DNA of 64,000 bases, from contig NC_057757.1 of assembly GCF_004010195.1 (NCBI RefSeq), forward strand, positions 279,794 to 343,793, written 5' to 3'. The notes under the pieces were generated by a model that made no database searches, was not told the origin of the DNA, and worked only from the letters and a program-made list of their open reading frames with translations. The position numbers were made by a program, and so were the translations under genes. The first letter of the stretch is position 1. Each line of letters begins with the position of its first letter. The stretch is from Chiloscyllium plagiosum. Lineage: Eukaryota. This document shows positions 24,591 through 36,915 of this stretch, one piece after another.

Positions 24591-25339
24591 CAACTACCAA
24601 ACAGGCAACATGGTCAAAAATGTCTGTTTAATGGAGCTGCAAAAAAATGAAATCAAGATCCTTGATGTTAACTCATGAAATCCAGTTTGGTTTATGTTTT
24701 CTATGTTTAGAGGAAGTGCCCTTATCCATCCTTTCTCATCCCCTCTCTTGTTGGCCCTCATTTTGACTACACGCACCCACACCCAGCCATCCCAACCTCC
24801 CGCCCATGTTTTCCCACGTCTGCTCTTCAAAATGGGAACTCGGTGATGCTTCCAAGTTGTTGATACAAGAGTCCAAGGGCTGAGAGCCCCCCCTCTGCCA
24901 ATCCTGGGTCAGATTCGAGTCAGTTTTTGGGAGTGACGCAACTTTTCCCATCTTGAGTCAGGGAGCTGAAGATGATGGTGGGGAGAGTGGGAAGCAGGAG
25001 AGAAGTCAGGGAGTTGCAGAGAAGGGACGGAATGGACAACACTGACCATTCCAAACAGGAAAACTGGAAAATGGGGTTCGGTTGGTTGGTTGTTTCTGAG
25101 CAGTACAAACCCGATGGTCTGCAGGTCCTGTTCTCTGCGCTATGTAAACCTTTCTGCTCGATGACAAGGTGTTGGGTGCGATATTGTGATGGCTTGACCC
25201 CACATAGAAGATTAATTCAAGTTCTTCTGAGGATTCTTCTGTTACTAGAGGGCCTACATTTCTGTAGCAACAGGCGCAATTCCAGGGCACCTCTTCAGGA
25301 GGCATTGAGATATGTGTCCACGGTAGTGATATGAGCAGA

Positions 25340-25818
25340 CAGTTTGAGCTCAGCAAGATCCCACAAGAGGCAATGTTACCATGACTAAAAGATCTATTTT
25401 GATTGATGTCAATTCAAGGGTTAAACATTATCCTGGATTCCAGAGAGGGACCCCAACTGTAATGGTGGCCACGGGATCGTTCATGTTGACCTGGGGACTT
25501 TGCATTTGCCCAAAATGTCGATTTTCCTGCTCCTCGGATGCTGCCTGACCGGCTGTGCTTTTCCAGCTCCACTCTAATCTAGACTCTGATTTCCATCATC
25601 TGCAGTCCTCACATTTGCCCAGCTCACTTTGGCAGGACATCAGTTTAATGAAAAATGGCCTCTGCGGCAGTGCGGCACTCCTTCAGCACTGACCCTCCGA
25701 CAGTGCAGCACTCCCTCAGCACTGACCCTCTGACAGTGCAACTTCCTCAGCACTGACCCTCCGACAGTGCAAAGATTCCTCAATTCCACATTGAGCTTTG
25801 GCCGTGGATTTTGTGACC
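25340..25818 (-). mobile_element. Deu-domain SINE with a nascent ~4-unit array and a nested family A element (~25500-25620)
   Basis: CAGCAAGATCCCACA body; units at 25665-25785; GATGCTGCCTGACCGGCTGTGCTTTTCCAGC insert. Confidence 0.75.
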
Positions 25819-27982
25819 ATCACTCTGGTGTTTGAGGTGAGCTGCTGAGCCCAGTATGAGGGTTTCCCCAGTGTCCATTCAGTGCAGTACCTCCTCTCCG
25901 CTGCAGATTATCACTGTCGGGGCACTGATCGTTTTGCTGTTGATGATTCCAGGCCCCAGCAATAGTTATTCTTGCTTCGATACCTACTGTGCTGTGGGGA
26001 ACAAAGTTTCCCATCACGGTGTCGCTCCATTTGGTGCCGGGTCTCTGTGTATTGGAGCTGCTTGCCTGTTTCCAAGCAATATCCCAAAATACTAACTGGC
26101 CACATTGTCCCTTCCTCCAGAGAGACTTTGGAAAATGTCTGCTAACTGAAGAACTTGGCACAAAATTGCACATATGCAAATAAGCTCCTGATGATGTCCA
26201 CTCCTCAACAATAACTTGCATATATACATAAAATACGTGCATACATCGGACCTTTCAGCTTGCAAATGATTACGCGGTGCTTCGTCGGGTTTATCAAACA
26301 AAATTAGACGGCCCTGCCAAATACTGTGCACAGGAGTTGGGTCAGAGGCCAAGGGTACCCTTAACAGAAAGTGGGAGAGAGAGAGAGGCAGAAAGGTTCA
26401 GGCGGGGGTGTTCCTGAGCTCAGGGCTCAGGTAGCTGAAGGCACTGCCCCTGATGGTGGGAATCGGGGGATGGTCAAGGAGCTGGAATTGGAGGGGGTTA
26501 CAGAGNNNNNNNNNNNNNNNNNNNNNNNNNNNNNNNNNNNNNNNNNNNNNNNNNNNNNNNNNNNNNNNNNNNNNNNNNNNNNNNNNNNNNNNNNNNNNNN
26601 NNNNNNNNNNNNNNNNNNNNNNNNNNNNNNNNNNNNNNNNNNNNNNNNNNNNNNNNNNNNNNNNNNNNNNNNNNNNNNNNNNNNNNNNNNNNNNNNNNNN
26701 NNNNNNNNNNNNNNNNNNNNNNNNNNNNNNNNNNNNNNNNNNNNNNNNNNNNNNNNNNNNNNNNNNNNNNNNNNNNNNNNNNNNNNNNNNNNNNNNNNNN
26801 NNNNNNNNNNNNNNNNNNNNNNNNNNNNNNNNNNNNNNNNNNNNNNNNNNNNNNNNNNNNNNNNNNNNNNNNNNNNNNNNNNNNNNNNNNNNNNNNNNNN
26901 NNNNNNNNNNNNNNNNNNNNNNNNNNNNNNNNNNNNNNNNNNNNNNNNNNNNNNNNNNNNNNNNNNNNNNNNNNNNNNNNNNNNNNNNNNNNNNNNNNNN
27001 NNNNNNNNNNNNNNNNNNNNNNNNNNNNNNNNNNNNNNNNNNNNNNNNNNNNNNNNNNNNNNNNNNNNNNNNNNNNNNNNNNNNNNNNNNNNNNNNNNNN
27101 NNNNNNNCTGGAGAAGGTTGCAGTGTGATTACTGAGTGTGAGGTTGTGGAATGATTTGAAAGGAAGGTGAGTTTTTTCAAGTGAGTGATTGGCTGACTGG
27201 GAGTCAGTTTCGGTCAATGAGTTCTGCAGTGATGGATTGGTCGGAATCTCCTGTTAGCTAGACCATGGACTCCAGCGTTTGGCATATTTTGGAAGTTGCA
27301 GGATGGGAGGCAAGTACAGAGTGCAGTGGAATGGCTGAGTCAATATTGGCATGTCGCTCACTCGAGTCATCCGTGTTGAGCCTCCGAATGCTTCCCTGAA
27401 CTGAACAACACAACGTGGTTAAACTGGAGAGTTTTATAAAGGTATTAATGTCAGCATTGCACTGAATGTGAAATAGAACATTACTCATGAGATGTCAATC
27501 TGTCCCTTGCAAAGTGGCTTCTGAATCCAAAACTAGATCCTTGGGGTTGAGTCACATCCCATGACCTGATCCATTTGGCTCCCAACACTTGGAATCTTGT
27601 CAAGATACTGAGCTTGGATGTGAACATGATGTTTGTTTAACATTTCAAATAATCTTCCATCGTATCAGACTTCTTTTGTTTAACGTTGGACTTCCTGTTT
27701 GTGGCTTTGTCACATTTTTCTGTCACTGTTTCCCATTATGGAGTTCCTGGTATGTAAACGTGTCACACTACAGTTACAGCATCTGCCCAGTGGCAGCGCT
27801 CTCACGTCTCAGCTCTGTGTCTTCCACGATATCAGCCTGAACTGTGGAAATGATTGCAGACCAACCAACTCACTGACCCCACTGTCCACTCTAAATGTTA
27901 AAGAAGACCCTGAGCAAAAATTATAGGTTTCCCCTGATGACACAGACAACAACTAGATAACACCATTTTAAAGTGTTTTAAC

Positions 27983-28858
27983 CATGGTGGCTCAGCGGTT
28001 AGCATTGCTGCCTCCCAGTGCCAGGGACTCGGGTTCGATTCCAGCCTCGGGTGCCTGTCTGTGTGGAGTTTCACATTCTCCCTGTGTCTGCGTGGGTTTC
28101 CTCCAGGTGCTCCGGTTTTCCCCCACAATCCAAGCATGTGTAAGTTAGGTGAATTGACCATGTTAAATTGCCCATAGTCTTGTGACAGGCTTCAAACATA
28201 TTGGAGTGCTGTGGTGGGTGCAATGGAGAGGAATTTAGGTGTAGGGGTGGAGAAGGACCCTATTTTGTTCCTTTTGGGCCTACCCATTGCATTTCCTGCA
28301 GACTCTCATAAGGCAAAACTTTTCAATATTCTTACATTCTGTGCAAGGAAGAATATCTTGCTAGGTTGGATATCCAAAAAAAAACCCAGGCCTGTCGGGT
28401 TGGCGGAAGATTGTTATGGAGCATATTCCCCTGGATTTTCTCACAAATATNNNNNNNNNNNNNNNNNNNNNNNNNNNNNNNNNNNNNNNNNNNNNNNNNN
28501 NCTATTTAGTTAAATAGCTAGTTTAGGTTTTTTTTAATTTTATACTGCTCTATATATGTTTATACATTCGTATGGGAGGGTGGGTTGGGAATTTTTTTTA
28601 TTATTTGGGTTTAGTTTTGTACTGTTTTGAATTGCATTGTTTTGTATTTGTTGTAATATTTAAAAAATTATCTTTTCTTAATAAAAATATATTATATAAA
28701 AAAATTGCCCATAGTGTTCAGGGATGTGTAGGCTAGTCAGGGATAAATGTCGAGTAACAGGATAGGGAAATGGGTTGGGGTAGGATACTCTCTGGAGGGT
28801 TGGTGTGGACTTGTTGGGCCGAATGGCCTGTTTCCAGACTGTAGGCATTCAATCTATG
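27983..28858 (+). mobile_element. HE1-like SINE interrupted by an L1 fragment
   Basis: Head GGTGGCTCAGCGGTTAGC...GGTTCGATTCC; body resumes at 28702. Confidence 0.85.
28179..28701 (+). mobile_element. L1-clade LINE 3' fragment with A-rich tail
   Basis: DPILFLLGLP...ARKNILLGWIS C-terminus, T-rich 3'UTR, AATAAA plus A-tail; 14-bp TSD AAATTGCCCATAGT at 28165-28178 and 28702-28715. Confidence 0.8.
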
Positions 28859-29329
28859 AAAAGTAATGGGTCTTCCAACTAAAACTGAATCCAGAAAGGT
28901 GGTGGAGGTTGAGACATTGAATGTATTTGAGGCAGAGATCAATGGGTCCTTCACTGGCAAGAGAGTCCCTGGTTCCTGGGGGGAGGACTGGAGTGGAGAG
29001 TTTCCAATCTATTTGTGGGATGTGAATGTCATTGCTGAGCAAAGTATTAACTGTCCATACGACATTTCTGTTCAGAAGGTGACGGGGAGCTGCCTTCTTG
29101 GACTGCTGTGGTCTTTTTGATGTTGATCCTCCAGTGGTGCTGTTGGGGAGGGAGATCCAGGATTCTGACCCAGCGACACTAAAGGAACGGCGATATATTT
29201 CCAAATTAGGATGGTGATGGGTTCAGTGGGGAACGTGTTGTCAGTGGTGTGACCATCCGTCTGCAAGCCTTGTCCTTGGAGACATTGGGGGCTTGCAAAG
29301 TCTGCTCTCAGCAGACATGGTGAGTGGAG

Positions 29330-29744
29330 ACATAGAATATAGAACAATACAGCGCAGAACAGGCCCTTCGGCTCTCGATGTTGCGCCAGCCTGTGAACTA
29401 TCCTCAGCTCGTCCCCCTACACTATCCCAAAATCATCCATGTGCTTATCTAAGGATTGTTTAAATCGCCCTAATGTGGCTGAGTTGACTACATTAGCAGG
29501 TAGGGTATTCCACGCCCTTACCACTCTCTGAGTAAAGAACCTGTCTCTGACATCTGTCTTAAATCTATCACCCCTCAATTTGTAGTTATTCCCCCTCGTT
29601 CACGCTGACATCATCATCCGAGGAAAAAGACTTTCACTGTCTATTCTATCTAATCCTCTGACCATCTTGTATGTCTCTATCAAATCTCCTCTTAGACTTC
29701 TTCTTTCCAATGAGAACAGACCCAAGTCTCTCAGCCTTTCCTCA
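29330..29744 (-). mobile_element. CR1 3' fragment running into gap
   Basis: EERLRDLGLFSLERRSLRGDLIETYK; (TTCTA)n-like tail. Confidence 0.9.
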
Positions 29745-30508
29745 NNNNNNNNNNNNNNNNNNNNNNNNNNNNNNNNNNNNNNNNNNNNNNNNNNNNNNNN
29801 NNNNNNNNNNNNNNNNNNNNNNNNNNNNNNNNNNNNNNNNNNNNNNNNNNNNNNNNNNNNNNNNNNNNNNNNNNNNNNNNNNNNNNNNNNNNNNNNNNNN
29901 NNNNNNNNNNNNNNNNNNNNNNNNNNNNNNNNNNNNNNNNNNNNNNNNNNNNNNNNNNNNNNNNNNNNNNNNNNNNNNNNNNNNNNNNNNNNNNNNNNNN
30001 NNNNNNNNNNNNNNNNNNNNNNNNNNNNNNNNNNNNNNNNNNNNNNNNNNNNNNNNNNNNNNNNNNNNNNNNNNNNNNNNNNNNNNNNNNNNNNNNNNNN
30101 NNNNNNNNNNNNNNNNNNNNNNNNNNNNNNNNNNNNNNNNNNNNNNNNNNNNNNNNNNNNNNNNNNNNNNNNNNNNNNNNNNNNNNNNNNNNNNNNNNNN
30201 NNNNNNNNNNNNNNNNNNNNNNNNNNNNNNNNNNNNNNNNNNNNNNNNNNNNNNNNNNNNNNNNNNNNNNNNNNNNNNNNNNNNNNNNNNNNNNNNNNNN
30301 NNNNNNNNNNNNNNNNNNNNNNNNNNNNNNNNNNNNNNNNNNNNNNNNNNNNNNNNNNNNNNNNNNNNNNNNNNNNNNNNNNNNNNNNNNNNNNNNNNNN
30401 NNNNNNNNNNNNNNNNNNNNNNNNNNNNNNNNNNNNNNNNNNNNNNNNNNNNNNNNNNNNNNNNNNNNNNNNNNNNNNNNNNNNNNNNNNNNNNNNNNNN
30501 NNNNNNNN

Positions 30509-31912
30509 CTCCCTCAGCACTGACCCTCTGACAGTGCCTGCTCCCTCAGCATTGACCCTCCAACAGTGCGGCACTCCCTCAGCACTGACCCTCTGACAGT
30601 GCCTGCTCCCTCAGCATTGACCCTCCAACAGTGCGGCACTCCCTCAGCACTGACCCTCTGACAGTGCCTGCTCCCTCAGCATTGACCCTCCGACAGTGCG
30701 GCGCTCTCTCAGCACTGATCCTCGACAGTGCAGCACTCCCTCAGCACTGACCCTCCGACAGTGCAGCACTCCCTCAGCACTGACCCTCTGACAGTGCCTG
30801 CTCCCTCAGCACTGACCCTCTGACAGTGCCCGCTCCCCCAGCACTGACCTTCCGACAGTGCCCACTCCCTCAGCACTGACCCTCCAGCAGTACTGCACTC
30901 CCTCAGCACTGACCCTCTGACAGTGCCTGCTCCCTCAGCGCTGACCCTCCGATAATGCAGCACTCCCTCAGCACTGACCCTCTGACAGTGCGGCGCTCCC
31001 TCAGCACTGACCCTCTGACAGTGCCTGCTCCCTCAGCACTGACCCTCCGACAGTTCCCACTCCCTCAGCACTGACCCTCTGACAGTGCCCACTCCATCAG
31101 CACCGACCCTCCAAAAGTGTGCAGCACCCTCAGCACTGACCCTCCGACAGTGCCCACTCCGTCAGCATGAACCCTCCAGCAGTGCCCAATCCCTCAGCAT
31201 CGAGCCTCTGACAGTGCCTGCTCCCTCAGCATTGACCCTCTGACAGTGCGGCACTCCCTCAGCACTGACCCTCTGACAGTGCCCGCTCCCTCAGCACTGA
31301 TCCTCTGACAGTGCCCGCTGCCTCAGCACTGATCCTCCAACAGTGCCCACTCCCTCAGCACTGACCCTCCGACAGCACAGCACTCCCTCAGCACTGACCC
31401 TCCGACAGTGCGGCGCTCCCTCAGCACTGACCCTCCGACTGTGCAGCACTTCCTCAGCACTGACCCTATGACAGTGCCCGCTCTCTCAGCACTGATCCTC
31501 CAATAGTGCCCACTCCTTCAGCACTGACCCTCCAGCAGTGCCCAATCCTTCAGCATCGAGCCTCCGACAGTGCCTGCTCCCTCAGCATTGACTCTCCGAC
31601 TGTGCGGCACTCCCTGAGCACTGACCCTCGACAGTGCAGCACTCCCTCAGCACTGACCCTCCGACAGTGCCTGCTCCCTCAGCACTGACCCTCCGACAGT
31701 GCCTGCTCCCTCAGCACTGACCCTCCAACAGTGCGGCGCTCCCTCAGCACTGACCCTCCGACAGTGCCTGCTCCCTCAGCACTGACCCTCGACAGTGCAG
31801 CACTCCCTCAGCACCGACCCTCCGACAATGCCTGCTCCCTCAGCACTCCCTCTCCGACAGTGCCCACTCCCTCAGCACCGACCCTCTGACAGTGTGGCAC
31901 TCCCTCAGCGCT
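30509..31912 (-). repeat. 32/33-bp minisatellite, >=43 copies (C-rich strand on +)
   Basis: Unit CACTCCCTCAGCACTGACCCTCCGACAGTGC(GG/C). Confidence 0.95.
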
Positions 31913-32780
31913 GGGTTAAAATCCTGCCCCTCCCTCCATAACGGCCTTGTGTGAATCCCTACTCTGTGCGCTGCAGTGGTTGAAGGAGGCTGCTCACCAT
32001 CACTTTTTCACACGTGGTGAGCGGTGGGTGGAAAGGCTAGACCCCTCAGTGGTGCCCACATCGTGTGAAAGAAGTTTTAAGAAAGTTTCCCATGTGACAA
32101 AGCTGCAGTAAGACCCACATGCTCCCTCATTGACAAAGCGTGATGTTGAAATAACTCAGAGGTGTGCAGATATCCCTGAGAATTGTGTTAAGAATGTTCT
32201 AGATTTCAAATCTCACCTCTCCCCCCCCCCAGCCGGGCCCAACACAGCCCTCTGCCAGTCCACCCCAGAATAACACCCTTTCTCCCTCACTGTTGACTCC
32301 ATTCAGTTTTGTGGATTTAAACATTTCTGCCTGCCTCCTGGGCAGTCCGATTGCAGTGCTTTCTATTTATATTTTCCGTTTATTCCAGGGCATTATTTTG
32401 CTGTTTATTTGCATTTGGGTGAGATGCTATTTAGCAATATTTAGCCAACAGGCTGATGTGACAGAGGAACACATTGCTGCAGCTGTTTGCGGTCCAGGCT
32501 GTGTTCACCCTGGATTGCTTCTGGTTTTCCTCCGTGTTCCAGCTCGGAGCACAGTGAGACTATCTCCATCCAGTGTCCAAGAGTGGAACTGCTGCGCAGC
32601 AGAGCAGGTGGATCTCAGGAATTGTCCTGACTGCTTGATCTAATTTGTATTTTCAAGAGGGTTAATCTGCTACTATTGAACGCCTGCTCCGTTCACTGGG
32701 AACTACCATGATCTCTGAGTCACAAAGTTCAAATACCACATCCGAGCCCAGTGATTCGATCGGCATAGTTTAAATTCTCA

Positions 32781-33653
32781 GTGTCGGAGGGTCAGAGCTG
32801 AGGGTGCACCACACTATCGGAGGGTCAGTACTGAGGGAGGGGGCACTGTCGGAGGGTCAGTGCTGAGGGAGTGCCGCACTGTCGGAAGGGCAGTGCTGAG
32901 GGAGCGAGCACTGTCGGAGGGTCAGTGTTGAGGGAGCGGGCACTGTCGGAGGGTCAGTGTTGAGGGAGCGGGCACTGTCAGAGGGTCAGTGCTGAGGGAG
33001 CGGGCACTCACTGTCGGAGGGTCAGTGTTGAGGGAGCGGGCACTGTCAGAGGGTCAGTGCTGAGGGAGCGGGCACTGTCGGAGAATCAGTGTTGAGGGAG
33101 CGGGCACTGTCAGAGGGTCGGTGCTGAGGGAGCGGGCACTGTTGGAGAATCAGTGTTGAGGGAGTGGGCACTGTCAGAGGGTCAGTGCTGAGGGAGCGGG
33201 CACTGTCGGAAAATCAGTGTTGAGGGAGTGCCACACTGTCGGAGGGTCAGTGTTGAGGGAGCGGGCACTGTCAGAGGGTCAGTGCTGAGGGAGTGCCGCA
33301 CTGTCGGAGGGTCAGTGTTGAGGGAGTGGGCATGGTCAGAGGGTCAGTGCTGAGGGAGCGGGCACTGTTGAGAGCCAGTGTTGAGGGAGCGCCGCTCTGT
33401 CAGAGAGTCAGTGCTGAGAGAGTGGGCACTGTCAGACAGTCAGTGCTGAGGGAGTGGGCACTGTTGGAGGGTCAGCGCCGAGGGAGTGGGCACTGTCGGA
33501 GAGTCAGTGCTGAGGGAGTGGGCAATGTCAGAGGGTCAGCGCTGAGGGAGTGGGCACTGTCAGAGTGTCAGTGCTGAGGGGGTGCCGCGCAGTTGGAGGG
33601 TCAGTGCTGAGGGAGTGGGCACTGTCAGAGGGTCAGTGCTGAGGGAGTGGGCA
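32781..33653 (+). repeat. 32/33-bp minisatellite, >=27 copies (G-rich strand on +)
   Basis: Unit GCACTGTCGGAGGGTCAGTGCTGAGGGAGTG(G/CC); decayed SINE head at ~32710-32780. Confidence 0.95.
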
Positions 33654-34153
33654 NNNNNNNNNNNNNNNNNNNNNNNNNNNNNNNNNNNNNNNNNNNNNNN
33701 NNNNNNNNNNNNNNNNNNNNNNNNNNNNNNNNNNNNNNNNNNNNNNNNNNNNNNNNNNNNNNNNNNNNNNNNNNNNNNNNNNNNNNNNNNNNNNNNNNNN
33801 NNNNNNNNNNNNNNNNNNNNNNNNNNNNNNNNNNNNNNNNNNNNNNNNNNNNNNNNNNNNNNNNNNNNNNNNNNNNNNNNNNNNNNNNNNNNNNNNNNNN
33901 NNNNNNNNNNNNNNNNNNNNNNNNNNNNNNNNNNNNNNNNNNNNNNNNNNNNNNNNNNNNNNNNNNNNNNNNNNNNNNNNNNNNNNNNNNNNNNNNNNNN
34001 NNNNNNNNNNNNNNNNNNNNNNNNNNNNNNNNNNNNNNNNNNNNNNNNNNNNNNNNNNNNNNNNNNNNNNNNNNNNNNNNNNNNNNNNNNNNNNNNNNNN
34101 NNNNNNNNNNNNNNNNNNNNNNNNNNNNNNNNNNNNNNNNNNNNNNNNNNNNN

Positions 34154-34710
34154 CTCCTTCCAGCTGGAGGACTGTATCCAGATCTGTGCACTTCACTCTA
34201 GGAAGCCACCGGGAGAGAGCAGACAGGAGATTCGCCAGAGAGCTCAGCTGCACGGTTAGGATTGAGGAAGCAGGGACTGTTGGAGGAGAGAAAACTGAGA
34301 AGAGATCTGACCGAGATGTTCAGAATCATGAAGGGTGTGGACCCTAGCACTGGATGAGACTAGTCAACTTGGGGGAAAAGTTGCAAATCAGAGCACTCCA
34401 GTTGAAGGTTAGAGACAAAAAATAATTGCAGATGCTGGAATCCAAAGTTGACAAACAAGAGGCTGGAAGAACACAGCAAGCTAGGCAGCATCAGAAGGTG
34501 CAGAAGGCAACACTTTGGGTATTAACCCTTCTTAAGGACAATTGACAAACGCACTACGCAAGGGTGAGGCAGGAACTGTGGCTTCAGAAGGGGAATTGGA
34601 TTCTAGCGAATAGACTTGAAGGGACAGGGATAAAGGCGGGGGAAGTGGGACCAGCTGACTCATTCTTGTACAGAGACAGAGGTGAGCCTAAGGCAGTCTC
34701 ATTCTATTCT
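34154..34710 (+). mobile_element. Highly decayed CR1 3' fragment with Penelope-type insert (~34418-34540)
   Basis: QLEDCIQIC, KLKRDLTEMFRIMKG; TGCAGATGCTGGAA...AACCCTTCTT insert. Confidence 0.6.
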
Positions 34711-35317
34711 GGGAGGATTTCAAGTAGTTAATAAGGATTCTTCAAGTGACAGAGGCAGACAGAGAATGAGAGAGAGAAGCAAGTGGGGGGTTGGGGCCAA
34801 AGGAGTCAAAAATCAGAAGTTATAATCTTAGAATTATGGTCAAGGAGAGATGTTGGAAGCAATTCCTTCTGTGTGTGGAATGCTGGACTATCTTCTCCAT
34901 CTCTCACGGCAGGAGTTATTGAAAAATCTCAAAGATGTGGTCAGTGGCTGCCTGACAGGTCAGAGTAGCAAAGGATCTTCAACAAGGGTGGAAAGTCAAC
35001 TTCAGATTCAGACCAGCGGAGACCAAACAGGACTGTGGGATAGTTTCAAGGGGCTGAATGATCTCATTTCCACAGATCACAGAAGGAAGTCCCTGACTGG
35101 CTTTGTTTCCTGGCTTCACTGCTCTTTCTTCTCTAACCAGAGATTTGACTCCAGTGTCCTCAATTTTACAAAATCCTACTCCAGGGTCACTGTCAGCAGT
35201 TCTGGCTACCCCACATTAGGAAGGTGACACTGATCATGGACAGCGCGCAGTACAGATTCACCAAAATAATACCTGGACTCCCAAGTGTTAAACTGCAAGG
35301 AGCAATTAACCAAACAG

Positions 35318-35808
35318 GAGGACACAGCTCAGTCCATCACAGTCCACCTCCCATCCACTGACTCCATCTACACTTCTCACTGTCTCAGGAAAGCAGCCCT
35401 CCCATCCCAGTTAGAACCTCTTCCAACCTCTTCTGTCAGGCTTTTGCCCGAAACGTTGATTTTCCTGCTCCTCAGATGCTGCCTGACCTGCTGTGCTTTT
35501 CCAGCACCACTCTAACCTAAACTCTGGTTTCCAGCATCTGCAGTCCTCACTTCTGCCGAGAATATACAGAAGCTTAAACACATGCACCAATAGGTTCAAG
35601 AACAGCTTCCCTCCCGCTGTTACTAGATTCCGGAATGGACATTTCAAATTCCAAATTTAATGTTGATCTGGCTCTCTGTGCACCTTCTCTTGTATTCCTC
35701 ACTCTGTTCTATAACCACATTGTATAGTCTGATCTGCCTGTACTGAACACGAAACAAAACTTTTCACTGTATCTTGGTACACATGACAATAATAAAACAA
35801 ATCAAACT
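35318..35808 (+). mobile_element. Rex/Babar-like 3' fragment with nested family A element (35438-35558)
   Basis: AQSIT.HLPSTDSIYTSHCLRKAA, TNRFKNSFP, AATAAAACAAATCAA tail. Confidence 0.75.
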
Positions 35809-36459
35809 AGGCTTGTAATCCCCACAATGAGAAGGCTCGGTGTGATTTGATCAAAGTTTTCAAGATGTTAAAGGGTTGATGGAGACAAGCTATTTCGGCT
35901 GGTTGGAGGAGTAAAGGATTGGGGACAGAGGCTTTTCCAGAGTGATATTAGGGAACAGACAGAGGGTGCTGGAGGTTTGAAACTCTCAACCTGAAATGGC
36001 AATTGATGCGGGCTCAGTTGGCAATTTTAACTGAGTGTGTTACACTTCTGCAACCAAAACATATTGAAGGAAAAGTTGAGCACAGAGAATTAGCTCCCAG
36101 GTCTAACATTGTGCCAATGAATGGGGAAATGAAGGCCGAGATAGTAAATGAACCTTCACCAGAGGCTCACTGATGATGTTACCGAGTACAATGAGGAAAC
36201 ATTTGAAAATGACCCTTCCAGCGCAGTGAGCAAACTTACATCCACAACCTCAACCTCAGCTACAAACCTTCTCCAAACTCGCTAACACTGCTATTGCTCC
36301 CATCTCCTTGCAGTTGGCATCTTTCAATAGGGAACATTCCAAACATTCCTCAGGGTCCAACTCTTTTGTTGACCTCTGGCTCTTTCTCCTAACACCTCCA
36401 GCATCCCATGTTGGGCCTCACTGACCAAAGTGTGGCATCTGCCCATCACCTCTCTCTTA

Positions 36460-36915
36460 CAGTCATGTAGCACAGAAACAGACCGCTCGGTCCAACTTGT
36501 CCACGCCAACCCAGATATCCCAACCTAATATAGTCCCATTTGCCAGCACTTCCCTCTAAACCCTTCCTACTCATATACCCATCCAGATGCCTTTTAAATG
36601 TTGTAATTGTACCAGCCTCCACCACTTCCTCTGGCAGCTCATTCCATACACACACCACCCTCTGCATGAAAAAGTTGCCCCTTAGGTCCCTTTTATATCT
36701 TTCCCTTCTCACCCTAAACCTATGCCCCTCTAGTTCTGGACTCCCCCACCCCAGAGAAATGTCCATGTCTATTTATCCTATCCATGCCCCTCATGATTTT
36801 ATCACCCTCTATAAGGCCTCCAACGCTCCAGGGAAAACAGCACCAGCCCATCCAGCCTCTCCCTTTAGCTCAAACCCTCCAACTCCAGTTACATCTGTGT
36901 CAATTTTTCTGCTCC
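36460..36915 (-). mobile_element. CR1 3' fragment
   Basis: ORF 36446-36766 GHRFRVRRERYKRDLRGNFF...WNELPEEVV. Confidence 0.9.

Noticed and set aside
26371..27217. Long ORFs spanning N-runs (also 3111-3840, 29600-30596, 33582-34259)
   Set aside because: Artefacts of translating assembly gaps.
27983..28050. tRNA gene
   Set aside because: The A/B boxes belong to a SINE head; there is no full cloverleaf and the SINE body follows.
30509..33653. CRISPR-like array (palindromic ~32-bp repeats)
   Set aside because: Units are contiguous with no unique spacers, there are no cas genes, and the context is eukaryotic.
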